Assembly (NCBI GenBank): GCA_963786955.1
Contig: CAWBAT010000005.1
Location: 1,695,375 to 1,759,374, forward strand
Direction: 5' to 3'
DNA length: 64,000 nt
From: an uncultured Acidimicrobiia bacterium
GTDB taxonomy: Bacteria; Acidobacteriota; Terriglobia; Versatilivoradales; Versatilivoraceae
Positions 10,540 through 21,179 of this stretch are shown here, in pieces. The notes beneath the pieces were generated by a model. That model ran no database searches. It saw nothing but the letters and a program-made list of their open reading frames with translations, and was not told the origin of the DNA. Every line of letters begins with the position of its first letter. The stretch's first letter is position 1. The translations under genes were made by a program, and so were the position numbers.

Positions 10540-11156
10540 GTTACTGGCTTCGCCGCCCCCCCGATCTCGAGAGCCTCTTTCACCTGCTCCTGCGCGATCG
10601 CGTCTTTTGGACATGCACTGGCGATGGCGCAGCGGTTGCAGTCGACGCAGAGGTTGTAGCGTACCTTCAGCACGATGGATCCGAGTCCCAGGGGTTCCTT
10701 GCAGCCCTTGACGCATATCCCGCAGCCGTCGCATTTCTCTTCGTCAATGATGTATTCGTAGAAGTTGTTGGCCGGGTCCTCGGGATCGATCAGGCCGATC
10801 GGTTTGCGCTCGATCGCGTCCCGCGGGCAAAGCTTCTCACTCGGCAGGCCCTTCTCGTCCACTGCGCTCTTGATGTTGTAGTAGGCGGGACAAATGTAGC
10901 AGCGGCCGCACTTGGAGAAGTTATTCACCGCCCGAACGGCGGACTGCGACACGACGCACTCGCTCGTGCATAGGGTGCACACTTGGGCGCCCACCTCGCC
11001 GAGCCGGCTGTTGACGCACTTAGCCGCGTCAACCTGCCAGACGATCTGCCCGTTCGCCTTTTTAACCAGGTAGCCGGCACCGCCGGCAAACCCGAGAAGA
11101 ACGGTGCCGCGAACCACCTTGCCCAATGCGTCCCGTCTGGTAATCTCTTCGCTCAT
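10536..11156 (-). CDS. Cys-rich ferredoxin with Tat-like N-terminus (in frame with the upstream NHL ORF)
   Basis: MSEEITRRDALG..hydrophobic stretch; CTLCTSEC, CGRCYICP, CDGCGICVKGC, CVDCNRC..ACP. Confidence 0.75.
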   Translation of the reverse strand: MSEEITRRDALGKVVRGTVLLGFAGGAGYLVKKANGQIVWQVDAAKCVNSRLGEVGAQVCTLCTSECVVSQSAVRAVNNFSKCGRCYICPAYYNIKSAVDEKGLPSEKLCPRDAIERKPIGLIDPEDPANNFYEYIIDEEKCDGCGICVKGCKEPLGLGSIVLKVRYNLCVDCNRCAIASACPKDAIAQEQVKEALEIGGAAKPVT

Positions 11157-11984
11157 GGTCTGTGCGTCTTCTTCAAAAGCGAGGATCTCGAGCCTCACGG
11201 TGTCGGCGACATAGACCCGGCCGCGGGTGTCCACCGCGATATCCATGTTCTTGCAGTTGGGGTCGAACACGACCGTCGCAATCACCGAAAGCAGCTTCCC
11301 TTGGGAATCATAGACCTTCGCGCGCGGCTCGGCCTTCTCCGTGACATAGATGCGGTTGCGGCCGACGACGGTCACATTCGTCGGATTGCAGCAGCCTGAA
11401 AACCCCGACGGATCCAGCCCGTCGAAGCGGCCGATATGCCCCAGCAAATGGTCCTCCGGTGTGTAGCGCTCCACGCGGTGCTTGCCGGGATTCGCGGCGT
11501 GGATGATACCGTCGGCATCCACACTGAAATCCAGGACGCCGTTCGGGATCAGGAACCCCTGCATCCGGTTGTTCTTGCCGATATTGTTGAGAAACTTCCC
11601 GCCTGTCTCATAACGGCGTATCGCACGGTCATTGGCGTCACCTATCAACACGCTGCTTCCGAGAAACCCGATCGCCGTCACGCGCCCGAGCCGCTCAGCG
11701 TCGCTCCACCTGTCCGCCAGGCGACCCTCGCCGTCGAAGATTTCCACCTGGCCCGCCTGGCCCACATACACCGAACCGTCGGCCGCAACCGCCACCGCAT
11801 ATCCCGGTTTGGAGGTGGGCCAACGCCGCTGGACCCTCCCGTCGGGGTCGAAGATCTTTAACTCTGAATCTCCGACGGCGTACAGGCGATTCCGCCCGTC
11901 CACGGCGATACTGCGTAATGTCTGGACGAAGCGATCGGAGGCGTCTCCCTTCCCGCTGATGACTTGAACTTGCTTGTACTTCAT
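11157..11984 (-). CDS. NHL-repeat beta-propeller protein with GCCNP motif
   Basis: Repeats IAVDGRNRLYA, VAVAADGSVYVG, FSVDADGIIHAA, IAVDTRGRVYVAD; SGFSGCCNPTN. Confidence 0.8.
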
Positions 11985-11994
11985 AACAGCCTCC

Positions 11995-13254
11995 TTACTT
12001 GCCTCGCACGTCCAGGCACACCATTTTTGTCAGGTCCCGCAGGATGAGCTTGCCGTCCGACAGGGCCATTGGTCCCCAGACATCCGGGCCGCTGAGCACC
12101 TGGGCGCTGGCGAGTTCCTTGTACGCGGTCGTGTTCGCCTCCACCAGCCGGAGCATTCCGGTCTTGCCATCGAGAACAAAGAACATTCCGTCGGCCAGCA
12201 GGAAACTTCCCAGGTCAAAAGAGGCCTTACCGTCGCTTGTCCAGACCTCCTTGCCGTCCAGGCTCAAGCAGGTGAACAAACCTCTTCGCTTCTTTCCAAC
12301 GGCGAACAGGTGACCTTTGTACACAATGGGCGTGTGGACTTCGGAGTTCCACTCGTTGTTCTTCATGTCGAACACGCTCTCGGCATGGAAGCTGCCGCCG
12401 TTCGATTGCACCCGGACCATGACACTGCCGGCGTCATAGCTGGCGGTCATGAAAACACACTGTCCGTCGACCGCCAAAGGCGAAGGTGCAACGGCCACGT
12501 TGAACTTTCGCGGGTATTCCCACAACAGTTTTCCGTCCTTGGCCGATACCCCGAGTGGGCCGTTCAGCGTGCCCCAGAGATACTGCTTGACGCCTCCAAG
12601 AACGGCCGGCATGACCGAGGCATGCGAGAGCACCAATTTACCCGGGTTGGGAGTCCGCCAGATTTCCTTGCCCGTGGCTTTGTCGAGGGCGACCATGATT
12701 GCATCCCCGCCGGTGGCGATGATAATCCGATCCTCCTCCATTAAGGGGTTCTGGCCGTTGTACCAGGGGGGGATCACGGTCTTGTATTCGGTGACCAGGT
12801 TCTTGGCCCAAAGCTGCTTCCCGGTCCTTGCGTCCAGGCAATGGAGCCCGAATTTTGGGTCAATCGAAAAGACGTACCTGCCATCCACCGCTGGCACAGT
12901 GCGTGTAATGGCGTGGTTGGGGCGAATAACACGGGCCTCTCTGTAGCTCCAAATCACCTTACCCGTAGTCAGGAACCGGCAATGAACGCCCCACTCGTTT
13001 TTAGCCTCATCATAATCGTTATGGTAGACGCGGCCTCCCACGATCGCCGCGCCCGCGTAACCTTGGGCGACCGGAATGGTCCACAACACCTTTGGCCCAC
13101 TTGTAGGCCATTGGTGTAGCAAGCCCATCTCTTTGGATATGTTGTCTCGGGCAGGCCCACGGAACTGCGGCCAGTCCGCCCCCTGAACTGCCGGCATAAG
13201 AGCGGCGATCGCCACGCAGCTGAGACTGATGCGCCAGGTTCGCCATGTGGGCAT
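11995..13254 (-). CDS. Secreted PQQ-like (BamB-family) beta-propeller protein
   Basis: GAGGAG RBS; signal peptide followed by ADWPQFRGP; repeated LDxxTGKxxW blades. Confidence 0.88.
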   Translation of the reverse strand: MPTWRTWRISLSCVAIAALMPAVQGADWPQFRGPARDNISKEMGLLHQWPTSGPKVLWTIPVAQGYAGAAIVGGRVYHNDYDEAKNEWGVHCRFLTTGKVIWSYREARVIRPNHAITRTVPAVDGRYVFSIDPKFGLHCLDARTGKQLWAKNLVTEYKTVIPPWYNGQNPLMEEDRIIIATGGDAIMVALDKATGKEIWRTPNPGKLVLSHASVMPAVLGGVKQYLWGTLNGPLGVSAKDGKLLWEYPRKFNVAVAPSPLAVDGQCVFMTASYDAGSVMVRVQSNGGSFHAESVFDMKNNEWNSEVHTPIVYKGHLFAVGKKRRGLFTCLSLDGKEVWTSDGKASFDLGSFLLADGMFFVLDGKTGMLRLVEANTTAYKELASAQVLSGPDVWGPMALSDGKLILRDLTKMVCLDVRGK

Positions 13255-13573
13255 TGGAATGTCTCCTCGGGGCCCTCCCAGTGGATACAGCACACTCTCA
13301 AGCAATTCTGATGCCGAATCTAGCCAGTCGAACCGCTAAAAGCCTTTCGTCCACCCGAAGGAAGTCTTAGTCTTTGATTTCTAAGAAATTAGAAAAGTTG
13401 TGAAGGCTGTCCGCCTCTGTAAGGTATTGCGTAGTGTGGGAAAGATCCTCTTATAGACGGTTGAAAATCAATGGCTTAGCTAATACGGGTTTTTGCGGAG
13501 CACAACTGGCCGAGGCTACGAATTGTTCCGGTAACCAATGCGATTTGGCCGGTCAGATCGAATGGATTGGAAT

Positions 13574-14606
13574 TCACGGCTTCAGGATTACCTTCATGAG
13601 GTTGGGCTCCTGGCGATAGAGCCGGTCGAACCACGCTGGCCCTTCGGCCAGCGGAACTACTGCCGTGATGAGCGACTCAACCTTGATCACGCCTTTTGAC
13701 ATCAGATTGATACAAACGGGATACTCACCGCTCGACGCACAGGAACCCTGCAGGCGGATCTGCTTTGTCACTACCACTTGCAGCGGTAAGTCGATGGATG
13801 GTGCCAGGTTGCCGACCAGTGTGACGGCGCCGCCCTTGCGAACACTCTGAATCAAGACCTGGATTGGATCGGTCGTGCCCACGCACTCGATAGCCACATC
13901 CGCTCCGCGGCCGTCCGTCAGCTCACGAATCCTCTCGGCCGGGTCGCCTGTCTTCGAGTTGAGGACATCCGTGGCACCCAGCTTGAGCGCGCGCTCGAGC
14001 TTGGCGTCATCCAGATCGAAAGCGATCACACGCGGGCAACCAGCGGCTCGTAGGGCCTGGATCGTGAGTAAACCAATCATCCCGGCGCCGGCTACGACGC
14101 CCGTATCTCCCAACTGAACAGGCGTAATCCGCACGGCGTGGACCGCCACGGAAACGGCCTCAATGAGTGCGGCGTGCTCAAATTGGAAATGGTCCGGAAG
14201 CCGATACACGATGCGGCGGGGAACCGACACAAACTCGGCAAAAGCGCCGTGGCGGCGATAACTTCCCGGCGAAACGCCCAACACCTCGCGGTTGTCACAG
14301 AGATTCAATTCGCCCCGGATGCAATAGATAGCAGTGCCCACAGTAAACGGTAGAGTCGAAAGTAACGCGGTCGCCTTCCTGAAGGTCATGCACGTTCGTG
14401 CCGGTCTTCGCAATTTGACCGGCGGCTTCATGTCCCATGACGATCGGCGGGACTCGCCGCCCGGTTCGACCGTCCATCCCATGAACGTCGCTTCCGCAGA
14501 TACCGCACGCCTTCACGCGCACCAACACGTCGTCGGGGCCAATGCCCGGGATCGGCATCTCGACTACTTCCAACTTCATGTATTCTTTAAGCAGAAGCGC
14601 ATTCAT
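13574..14606 (-). CDS. Zinc-dependent alcohol/polyol dehydrogenase (MDR family; frameshifted near 14300-14390)
   Basis: CGICGSDVH, GHEAAG, YCGHC, GAGMIG, ECVG motifs across ORFs 14295-14630 and 13574-14482. Confidence 0.9.
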
Positions 14607-14739
14607 CGTTTCGAAGTGAACTTCCCGCACTTATTTTTCTTCAGGAAACCGTCTGTGTCCAAGAACTCGAAGTGACCCGAAAGCCATGCCGCCACGGAAT
14701 GGGTTGCCAAAATTCTTCTATAAATCCGGACTCATAATG

Positions 14740-15984
14740 TCATTTTCCTTTGGGATTCTCAACTGCCTCGGCGGAGACTTCTGATTTGTAATCCCGCCAG
14801 AGCCAGCGCAGCGAATCTGGCAAAATTGCCCGACCGTGCAGGTTGTTGTGATACCCCTTGCCCATGACGAACCTGTAGTCATAGCCCGCAAATTTGAGGG
14901 CTCGATCCATTTGCTGGTTGGCTAGCGGCCAGTTGCCGTGCACGTTGTCGAGATCGTTCTCTCCATCTTGAAGAAAGACGCGGATCGCTTTCTTGGGTGT
15001 TTTGCGGATGAGAGCAGGGTAATTGTGGCCGCCTTCGCGTAACGTAGCGCCGCTGGCGACGTTGGCGAAGCTTCCAACCCAACTCAGCACTTTGCTAAAC
15101 TCGTCGGGGCGTTCCCAGGCCACCGTGAAGGCGCAAATACCCCCACTGCTGATCCCGCCTATGGCTCGGCCGGCCGCATCGTGGCGCAGTTTTACAGTCT
15201 TTTCCGTTTCCGGTAGAATCTCAGCCAAGATGAATCGGGCATACTGGTCTGAAAGTGTGTCGTACTCGAAATTGCGGTTAGATCGTCCGTCTTTAAGAAC
15301 ACCCGGAGCAACGAAGATACCCACCATTACAGGGATCTCCCCTTTCGCGATCAGATTATCGAAAACTATCGGAACGAAGTCTTTGTAGCCCTTCCCATCC
15401 TGAAACACCATGACACAGGCCGGATTCTCCGGCTGGTACTGGGCTGGCACGTAGAGCCACCATTCTCGAGTAGTCCCTTCGAAGATCCGGCTGCTCCACT
15501 GGGGCATCTCAGTCACCTTACCTTTTGGGACTCCTGGTTTCTCGAGGCTGTCCGGATCCGGCTTATAAATCTCTAGCGGAGCGCTTGCAATTCGTTTGCC
15601 GCCAACCTCATAGTGAAAAAGCTGCACGGTCTGGTCCGGGAAGGCGACCACTGCAGCATACACGCCTGTAGAACCAACCGGCGTTAGCTTAAACGCCTTT
15701 CGGCCGTCGTCTGAAACCACTCGTGGAGCAGCAGCACCACCACTGACTTCAATAGCCCAGGCTGCCAGCTTACCTTCTACTTTGGGTGCGGGTCCCTTTT
15801 GCAGTTTTTCTTTGCCGCCAAAGGACTGACGGATCTGTTCAGCCAGTTGCTCAGCGTGAGTTCCCGTTGGTTTGGCTTTCAAAGCTGCCCGTAATGACTC
15901 AGGCGTGAGTGACGTTGCAGACTGACCAATCGAAGACAATGGAATCGCGAGAATCAGAGCGAAACCACCCCAGAATCGTTTCAT
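14740..15984 (-). CDS. Secreted alpha/beta-hydrolase, enterochelin esterase-like
   Basis: Signal peptide; YVPAQY, VFQDG, GISSGG nucleophile motif, QDGENDLDN..GNW. Confidence 0.85.
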   Translation of the reverse strand: MKRFWGGFALILAIPLSSIGQSATSLTPESLRAALKAKPTGTHAEQLAEQIRQSFGGKEKLQKGPAPKVEGKLAAWAIEVSGGAAAPRVVSDDGRKAFKLTPVGSTGVYAAVVAFPDQTVQLFHYEVGGKRIASAPLEIYKPDPDSLEKPGVPKGKVTEMPQWSSRIFEGTTREWWLYVPAQYQPENPACVMVFQDGKGYKDFVPIVFDNLIAKGEIPVMVGIFVAPGVLKDGRSNRNFEYDTLSDQYARFILAEILPETEKTVKLRHDAAGRAIGGISSGGICAFTVAWERPDEFSKVLSWVGSFANVASGATLREGGHNYPALIRKTPKKAIRVFLQDGENDLDNVHGNWPLANQQMDRALKFAGYDYRFVMGKGYHNNLHGRAILPDSLRWLWRDYKSEVSAEAVENPKGK

Positions 15985-16187
15985 TAAATTCTCCGCGGCA
16001 TCGAGTTTAATCACGGTGCTTCCGCGATCCATTGTTCGTAGGGCGATTGTAGCTCATTTAAGGGTTCGGATTTGAGACTCAATTTTAGCCTATTCAGGCG
16101 CCCCAACAGCACGGTGCAAAGCCATGCTCTCCTGAACCAGATCCTGCCGCCTTCTCCAGGCTGCATTTCTCACCACGAATTGGATTT

Positions 16188-16289
16188 CCTGGGAGCGCAG
16201 GCTTCCAGCCTGCATCTTCGTCGAATTTGACCCAATCCACGAAGGACAGCGGGAAGGGACAGAGCCGGCAAGATGCCGGCGGTCCCAGG
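16188..16289. repeat. REP-like inverted pair (CCTGGGA-type hairpins)
   Basis: CCTGGGAGCGCAGGCTTCCAGCCTGC at 16188-16213 and an inverted relative GCCGGCAAGATGCCGGCGGTCCCAGG at 16264-16289; exact reverse complement of the first at 31802-31827. Confidence 0.7.
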
Positions 16290-16607
16290 GGTTGCCAGCT
16301 TTCCCGGTGCGCCGGTGAGAAACCCGGACTAGGCTGCAACCATCAATATTCCTAGCCATCGAAGTGTCCCAATCACGGGCAGTCGTGTGGAGGGGAGGCT
16401 AAATAATCAATCAATGGTTTTCAAGCCGATGAAATTATAGCCGGAAACTGGTAATTAAAGGTCGGTTTAAGGTCAGGATCGATTGGAAGAATTTCTGACC
16501 GAAAGTCAGAAGTTGAAGGGTAAGAGAAACTCCATCTTTCGACGGAGTTTCGTCTTGTCAAATGGAAAGAGCAAGAGGCTCGAGGAAAATGATGAATGCC
16601 AGACTGG

Positions 16608-17204
16608 CTACAGCTTAAACTTTACCACCGGCCCGCTGGTTTTTTTCACCTTGAGTCTGACGGTCACGTCAACATGGTCGGAAATTTTGACAAAGGGAAT
16701 GCCCTTGTTCATCCCGAAGTCCTTACGGTTGAAGCTCATTGTCCCATTAATCGTGCCTTGGCCTGACCCCTTCTTCCCTTCAAGTGTTAACGTGAGCGTC
16801 TCGGTTTTAGTCACACCGCGTATCGTAAAGTCGCCGGTCAACACAATGGTGTTGGGACCGGTCTGTTCAGACTTCTTAGAAACAAATGTGATCAACGGAT
16901 CCTGTTCGGCGTTGAAGAAGTCTTTGCCTTTCAATTTGCCGTCCTTCATGCCACTTCCGGTATTCACGCTGTCTGCTTGAATCTTGAGGGTCAAAACTCC
17001 TGTTTCCACATCAGGAGATGTGAATGTAAGCGTGGAGTCCCACTTGGCGAAGGTCCCTTTTATAGACACTGACGCATCCACAAAGAACGTAACTGAGCTG
17101 CTTTCCGGCGTAACCATGAAAACAGGAGCCTCTGCTCGGGTTACTGACGGGAGCACGGCGGACGTTAAAAAACAACAGATGATAATAGTTAATGTTTTTC
17201 TCAT
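16608..17204 (-). CDS. YceI-family lipid/polyisoprenoid-binding protein
   Basis: Signal peptide; SVNTG..D.KLKGKDFFNA, LTGDFTIRGVTK, NRKDFGM. Confidence 0.9.
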   Translation of the reverse strand: MRKTLTIIICCFLTSAVLPSVTRAEAPVFMVTPESSSVTFFVDASVSIKGTFAKWDSTLTFTSPDVETGVLTLKIQADSVNTGSGMKDGKLKGKDFFNAEQDPLITFVSKKSEQTGPNTIVLTGDFTIRGVTKTETLTLTLEGKKGSGQGTINGTMSFNRKDFGMNKGIPFVKISDHVDVTVRLKVKKTSGPVVKFKL

Positions 17205-17348
17205 GGCGAATAATTTTACTTATCCTCGCTTCATTGTCAACCAGAAATTGCATTTATTTATTGTAATGCGTTAGTTATGGGGGGAAATCCCTAAGGGCAA
17301 GACCTTCGGTGACGATTTGAGATTGTCGCTTCTGTAGCGGCTGAGTGG

Positions 17349-17400
17349 GTAGGGACGGACCGCCGGGCCGTCCGCGGCGCGCTCGGCGAGCGCGCCCTAC
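17349..17400. repeat. GTAG-type REP doublet
   Basis: GTAGGGACGGACCGCCGGGCCGTCC followed by inverted GGCGCGCTCGGCGAGCGCGCCCTAC. Confidence 0.7.
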
Positions 17401-17519
17401 CAGAAATTCCCCCGATAACTAACGCATAACCATTTATTCCTTATCGATAGGGCTTCAAATCGAAAGGTGACTGAATATTTTTCTCTCGCTTCCGCAAGAA
17501 AGTGGCTGATTGGATCGTT

Positions 17520-20500
17520 TCATCCCAGCAGCAACTCCAGGTCTTCGCGCCGCAGGTTACGAATCAGGCTGCTATCTTCGTTTAGGATCGCATCGGCCAA
17601 CTGCCGCTTGTTCTTTTGCAGTTCCAGGACTTTTTCTTCGACAGTATCCCGGGCGATCAGACGATATGCGAAAACCCGGCGGGGCTGGCCGATCCGGTGT
17701 GTCCGGTCGATTGCCTGAGCCTCCACCGCGGGATTCCACCAGGGGTCAAGTAAGTAGACATATTCGGCTGCTGTGAGATTAAGCCCCAACCCCCCTGCCT
17801 TAAGACTGATGAGAAACAACTTGCATTCAGAATCCTTTTGGAATCGTTCGACTTTGGCTGCCCGATCTCGAGTCTTTCCGTCCAGATATTCGTAAGGGAC
17901 ACGGTCCCCATCCAGCCGCTCGCGCACGATGGAGAGAAAACTGGTGAACTGAGAAAAGACAAGCGCTTTGTGCCCCTCATCGATAACCTCGTTGAGTTGT
18001 GGAATTAGGATCTCCAACTTGGCGCTCGTTTCATCTCTCCGTGACTTGTCGACCAGGCCCGGATGGCATGCTGCCTGACGCAGACGGAGCAACGCTTCCA
18101 AGATAAGGATCTTGGCTTTTTGAATCCCGTCTCGCTCAACTCGCGCTAAGAGTGAATGGCGATAATAGTCGCGCAGCTCGTCATAGAGTTTCCGTTGGTG
18201 GGACTCCAGTTCACAGAACAGCGTCTGCTCCAACTTTTCGGGGAGGTCTTTGGCCACCTGCCCCTTGGTGCGACGCAGGATGAAGGGTTTCAGGGCCTTG
18301 CTTAAGAGGGCTCGAGTTTCCAGGTCAGGGTTTCGTGCGCCGTTGTCGGTAAACTTAAACACCGAAGACGTTCCCAGTAACCCAGGGTTGAGAAATTCAA
18401 ACAGACTCCAGAGTTCTCCCAAGTGGTTTTCGATGGGCGTCCCACTCACTGCCAGTCGATGCTGTCCGCGCAATAATCGCGCAGCCTTAGCGGACTCGGT
18501 GCTGGCGTTCTTGATGGCTTGGGCCTCATCCAGGATGATGTAGTCGAACAAGACATCCTTCAAATGAAGCACATCCCGCCGCAGCGTGCCGTAGGTTGTG
18601 ATCACCACGTCATACGAGTCAAAGGAACTCCCATCGGAAGTGCGCCCCGTGCCGGTGTGGTCCAAGATCCGAAGGTTGGGGGTGAAGCGGGCTGCTTCCT
18701 GCTTCCAGTTAAAGACAAGAGATCGCGGCACAACCAAAAGCGAAGGACGAACCTTTTCACCTGAGTCCCGGCGATTGGCCCGCCGCGATTCTAACGCGGC
18801 CAGCACCTGCACCGTCTTGCCTAGCCCCATATCATCAGCCAGACAACCGCCAAAACCGAATCTTTCGAGAAAGTGCAGCCATCCGACTCCCTCGCTCTGA
18901 TAGTGGCGCAATTTCCCTTTGAATCCATCGGGAGGATCAACCGGCTCTATGCCTTCGAATCGCTGCAGCTCATCACGGGCTCGGGCAAAAACCGTGTCAA
19001 AGGTGGCCTCCGGCAAGCTGGCTAGCAAGGCATCCAGAAAGCCAACTTGGGCGCGACTGAACTGGACGTGATCATCGCGCGCCGCTCCTACTGAGGCGAG
19101 AATGTCTAATTTCTTTAGCATTTCTTCTGGCAGCAGACCAAAAGTCCCGTCATCCAGACGGACGATGTTTTCTCCCCGCTTCAATGCAGCCAGCAGGGAG
19201 GGTAACCTAACGGTCTGAGTTCCAAAATTCAGCTCTCCATTGAGTTCAAACCAATCGATGCCCGAAGTGACCGAGATGTTGAATGCTCCTGCCTGCCGAT
19301 AGAGTTTGCCTTCTGCCTCAACGTGCCAGCCCGCACTGACCAGTTTCCTCACTGCCCCTGGTAACTTCGCGGGAGCCAGTTCCAACTCGGGTTGGCCGCC
19401 GTAGGAAGAGTTAGGCAGGCGAAATCCTTGTTGAGTCAGGCATTCCAAGGCAGAATATTCGGCGTCTGAATCGCGTAGTATCAGGCATCGGCGCGCAGTG
19501 TGAAAAATTCCCCGCCCCGGCTGGTGATAAGAAACCTTGGCCCCGTCGTAGTTGAATTCCAGGCTGGCTCGCAGTCGGGCGGGACCCCATTGTTTTGGCT
19601 GCGGCATACGCACTCGCAAATGGGGTTGCGGCTTCACCCAAATCTCTTCGATCCTCCACTCTTCAGGCAAATCCAGTCGCGGACACTGGGGCAACTGAAT
19701 CAGCTCCTTGAAGAATTCGTCCTTCTGGACCACGGGGACCATAAAGGAGCCGATTTGCCGAAGAAGGGCAATCCAGGCAAAGGCGCCGCAATCATCTAAC
19801 TTGGCTACCTCTTTCAAATTGAATACCAGCCCGCCAGCCAACAGCAATGCTGGCTCAGACAGGTTTTGTCTTTCTCCGCCACGCTTCAAGAACCCTCGAA
19901 TCAGGATTTGTTGAACGTTTGATTTATCAATGTCACACTGAAGTCCGAACTCCCAGGCAGGCCCGTCGTCCCATTCCAGCGGCGCCGCTTCCAAAGTCTG
20001 AGGCGCAAGACGCAGGAAGCACCGTTTCCTTTCACAAATCTTCGGAAGGATGGTCTGTTGTAACAGTTGCGAAAGCCGATATCGGCAAGGGGAGCTTCCA
20101 TAGCCATAAGAATGGCCACTATCCCACTCATTCCTAGCGCCCTGCAACAGCGTCAAAATCTCCCGATCCATCGGGTCTGGCAACTGAGGGACAAGTCTTG
20201 GGGAAATCCCATAAGACTTAGGCTTACCCCAGTCTCCATTCATCTTTCGCTCCCGGTAGAGCACTTCCAGGATGAGCTCTCCCTGGATTTTGCTTGTTGG
20301 GACATCGATAACATACAGGAGTTCTCTGCCCGCAGGACACACTGCGGAGGACCCGTCGTAGCTTGGGCCCATAGCCTGAAGGAGGCTGCTCAACTGGCTT
20401 TTCCAAACTGGAGGCTTGGCTGGCTTTGGCTTTAATGTGGTGGGTTCTGATCTCAGTGAGGGCTTGGGTGAGTCAAACCCAGCAACCTTGTACGGAAGGA

Positions 20501-20894
20501 CTCCCGGATTTTCCCAGGTTTCTTCGTCCAAATCACCATCACGCCCCTCTTCGTAGTGCAGAAGGTTTGCGACCACAAGGTCGACATCATCCGTCAGTTC
20601 CAATCGCCTGAAGTGGCCGGCTTTTTCAGCAGCCAGAATTGTAGCCCAGATGTGTTTGCATGGAGAGTCGCTCGAATCCATGTAAGGACAGGTGCAATCG
20701 ACTACAAAGTTCGTGCCTTTTAAGGAAAGGGACACATCATAAGGGGCACCTCCGATTACTTTAGCTTCCACTTCCTCATCGGAGCTGTGAGTGATGCTCA
20801 CTGCACTACGATAGAAATAGTTATTGCCCCGATTGCGAATGGATTTGGAGAAGAAGCCTGCAAGGTAAGCAGAAAGAGCCATCAAACAACCCAT
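17520..20894 (-). CDS. SWIM zinc finger-SNF2 family helicase
   Basis: CTCP..CKH SWIM motif; LADDMGLGKT, LDEAQ, SGTPIEN, FSQF, SLKAGGLGLNLT, DPWWNP, QAIDRTHRIGQ. Confidence 0.95.
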   Translation of the reverse strand: MGCLMALSAYLAGFFSKSIRNRGNNYFYRSAVSITHSSDEEVEAKVIGGAPYDVSLSLKGTNFVVDCTCPYMDSSDSPCKHIWATILAAEKAGHFRRLELTDDVDLVVANLLHYEEGRDGDLDEETWENPGVLPYKVAGFDSPKPSLRSEPTTLKPKPAKPPVWKSQLSSLLQAMGPSYDGSSAVCPAGRELLYVIDVPTSKIQGELILEVLYRERKMNGDWGKPKSYGISPRLVPQLPDPMDREILTLLQGARNEWDSGHSYGYGSSPCRYRLSQLLQQTILPKICERKRCFLRLAPQTLEAAPLEWDDGPAWEFGLQCDIDKSNVQQILIRGFLKRGGERQNLSEPALLLAGGLVFNLKEVAKLDDCGAFAWIALLRQIGSFMVPVVQKDEFFKELIQLPQCPRLDLPEEWRIEEIWVKPQPHLRVRMPQPKQWGPARLRASLEFNYDGAKVSYHQPGRGIFHTARRCLILRDSDAEYSALECLTQQGFRLPNSSYGGQPELELAPAKLPGAVRKLVSAGWHVEAEGKLYRQAGAFNISVTSGIDWFELNGELNFGTQTVRLPSLLAALKRGENIVRLDDGTFGLLPEEMLKKLDILASVGAARDDHVQFSRAQVGFLDALLASLPEATFDTVFARARDELQRFEGIEPVDPPDGFKGKLRHYQSEGVGWLHFLERFGFGGCLADDMGLGKTVQVLAALESRRANRRDSGEKVRPSLLVVPRSLVFNWKQEAARFTPNLRILDHTGTGRTSDGSSFDSYDVVITTYGTLRRDVLHLKDVLFDYIILDEAQAIKNASTESAKAARLLRGQHRLAVSGTPIENHLGELWSLFEFLNPGLLGTSSVFKFTDNGARNPDLETRALLSKALKPFILRRTKGQVAKDLPEKLEQTLFCELESHQRKLYDELRDYYRHSLLARVERDGIQKAKILILEALLRLRQAACHPGLVDKSRRDETSAKLEILIPQLNEVIDEGHKALVFSQFTSFLSIVRERLDGDRVPYEYLDGKTRDRAAKVERFQKDSECKLFLISLKAGGLGLNLTAAEYVYLLDPWWNPAVEAQAIDRTHRIGQPRRVFAYRLIARDTVEEKVLELQKNKRQLADAILNEDSSLIRNLRREDLELLLG

Positions 20895-21139
20895 GAATTT
20901 CTATGATCGGAGATCAATGAAGAACAACAGTCAATGTACAAGAAGACGGCCCAGAGCGAGAGCATTGCAATATGAGATAAAAACAAATAAAGAAGGTTGT
21001 TGTCAATCAGGAGATTAGAGAGAGGCCGGGAAGCAGAGTGCAGGCCATCTCCTAAAAGATCCGACGCCACTTCCAAATCTTAAAAGTTCCGAAATGGCTG
21101 CACACGACTTACAATTGATGACGGAAGCACCGTGATCTG

Positions 21140-21174
21140 TTATGCTTGACGTAACGCATAATTTATTTTAGGCT
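21140..21174 (+). promoter_or_regulatory. Sigma70 promoter of higBA with overlapping palindromic operator
   Basis: TTGACG (21146-21151), 17 bp spacer, TAGGCT (21169-21174); inverted repeat TTATGC-N10-GCATAA (21140-21161) spans the -35. Confidence 0.7.
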
Positions 21175-21179
21175 TGGGA

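Noticed and set aside
11995-13254. A bona fide PQQ-dependent dehydrogenase or bamB
   Set aside because: Only the generic propeller repeat is visible. It is shorter than quinoprotein dehydrogenases, lacks a lipobox and is not in a bam context.
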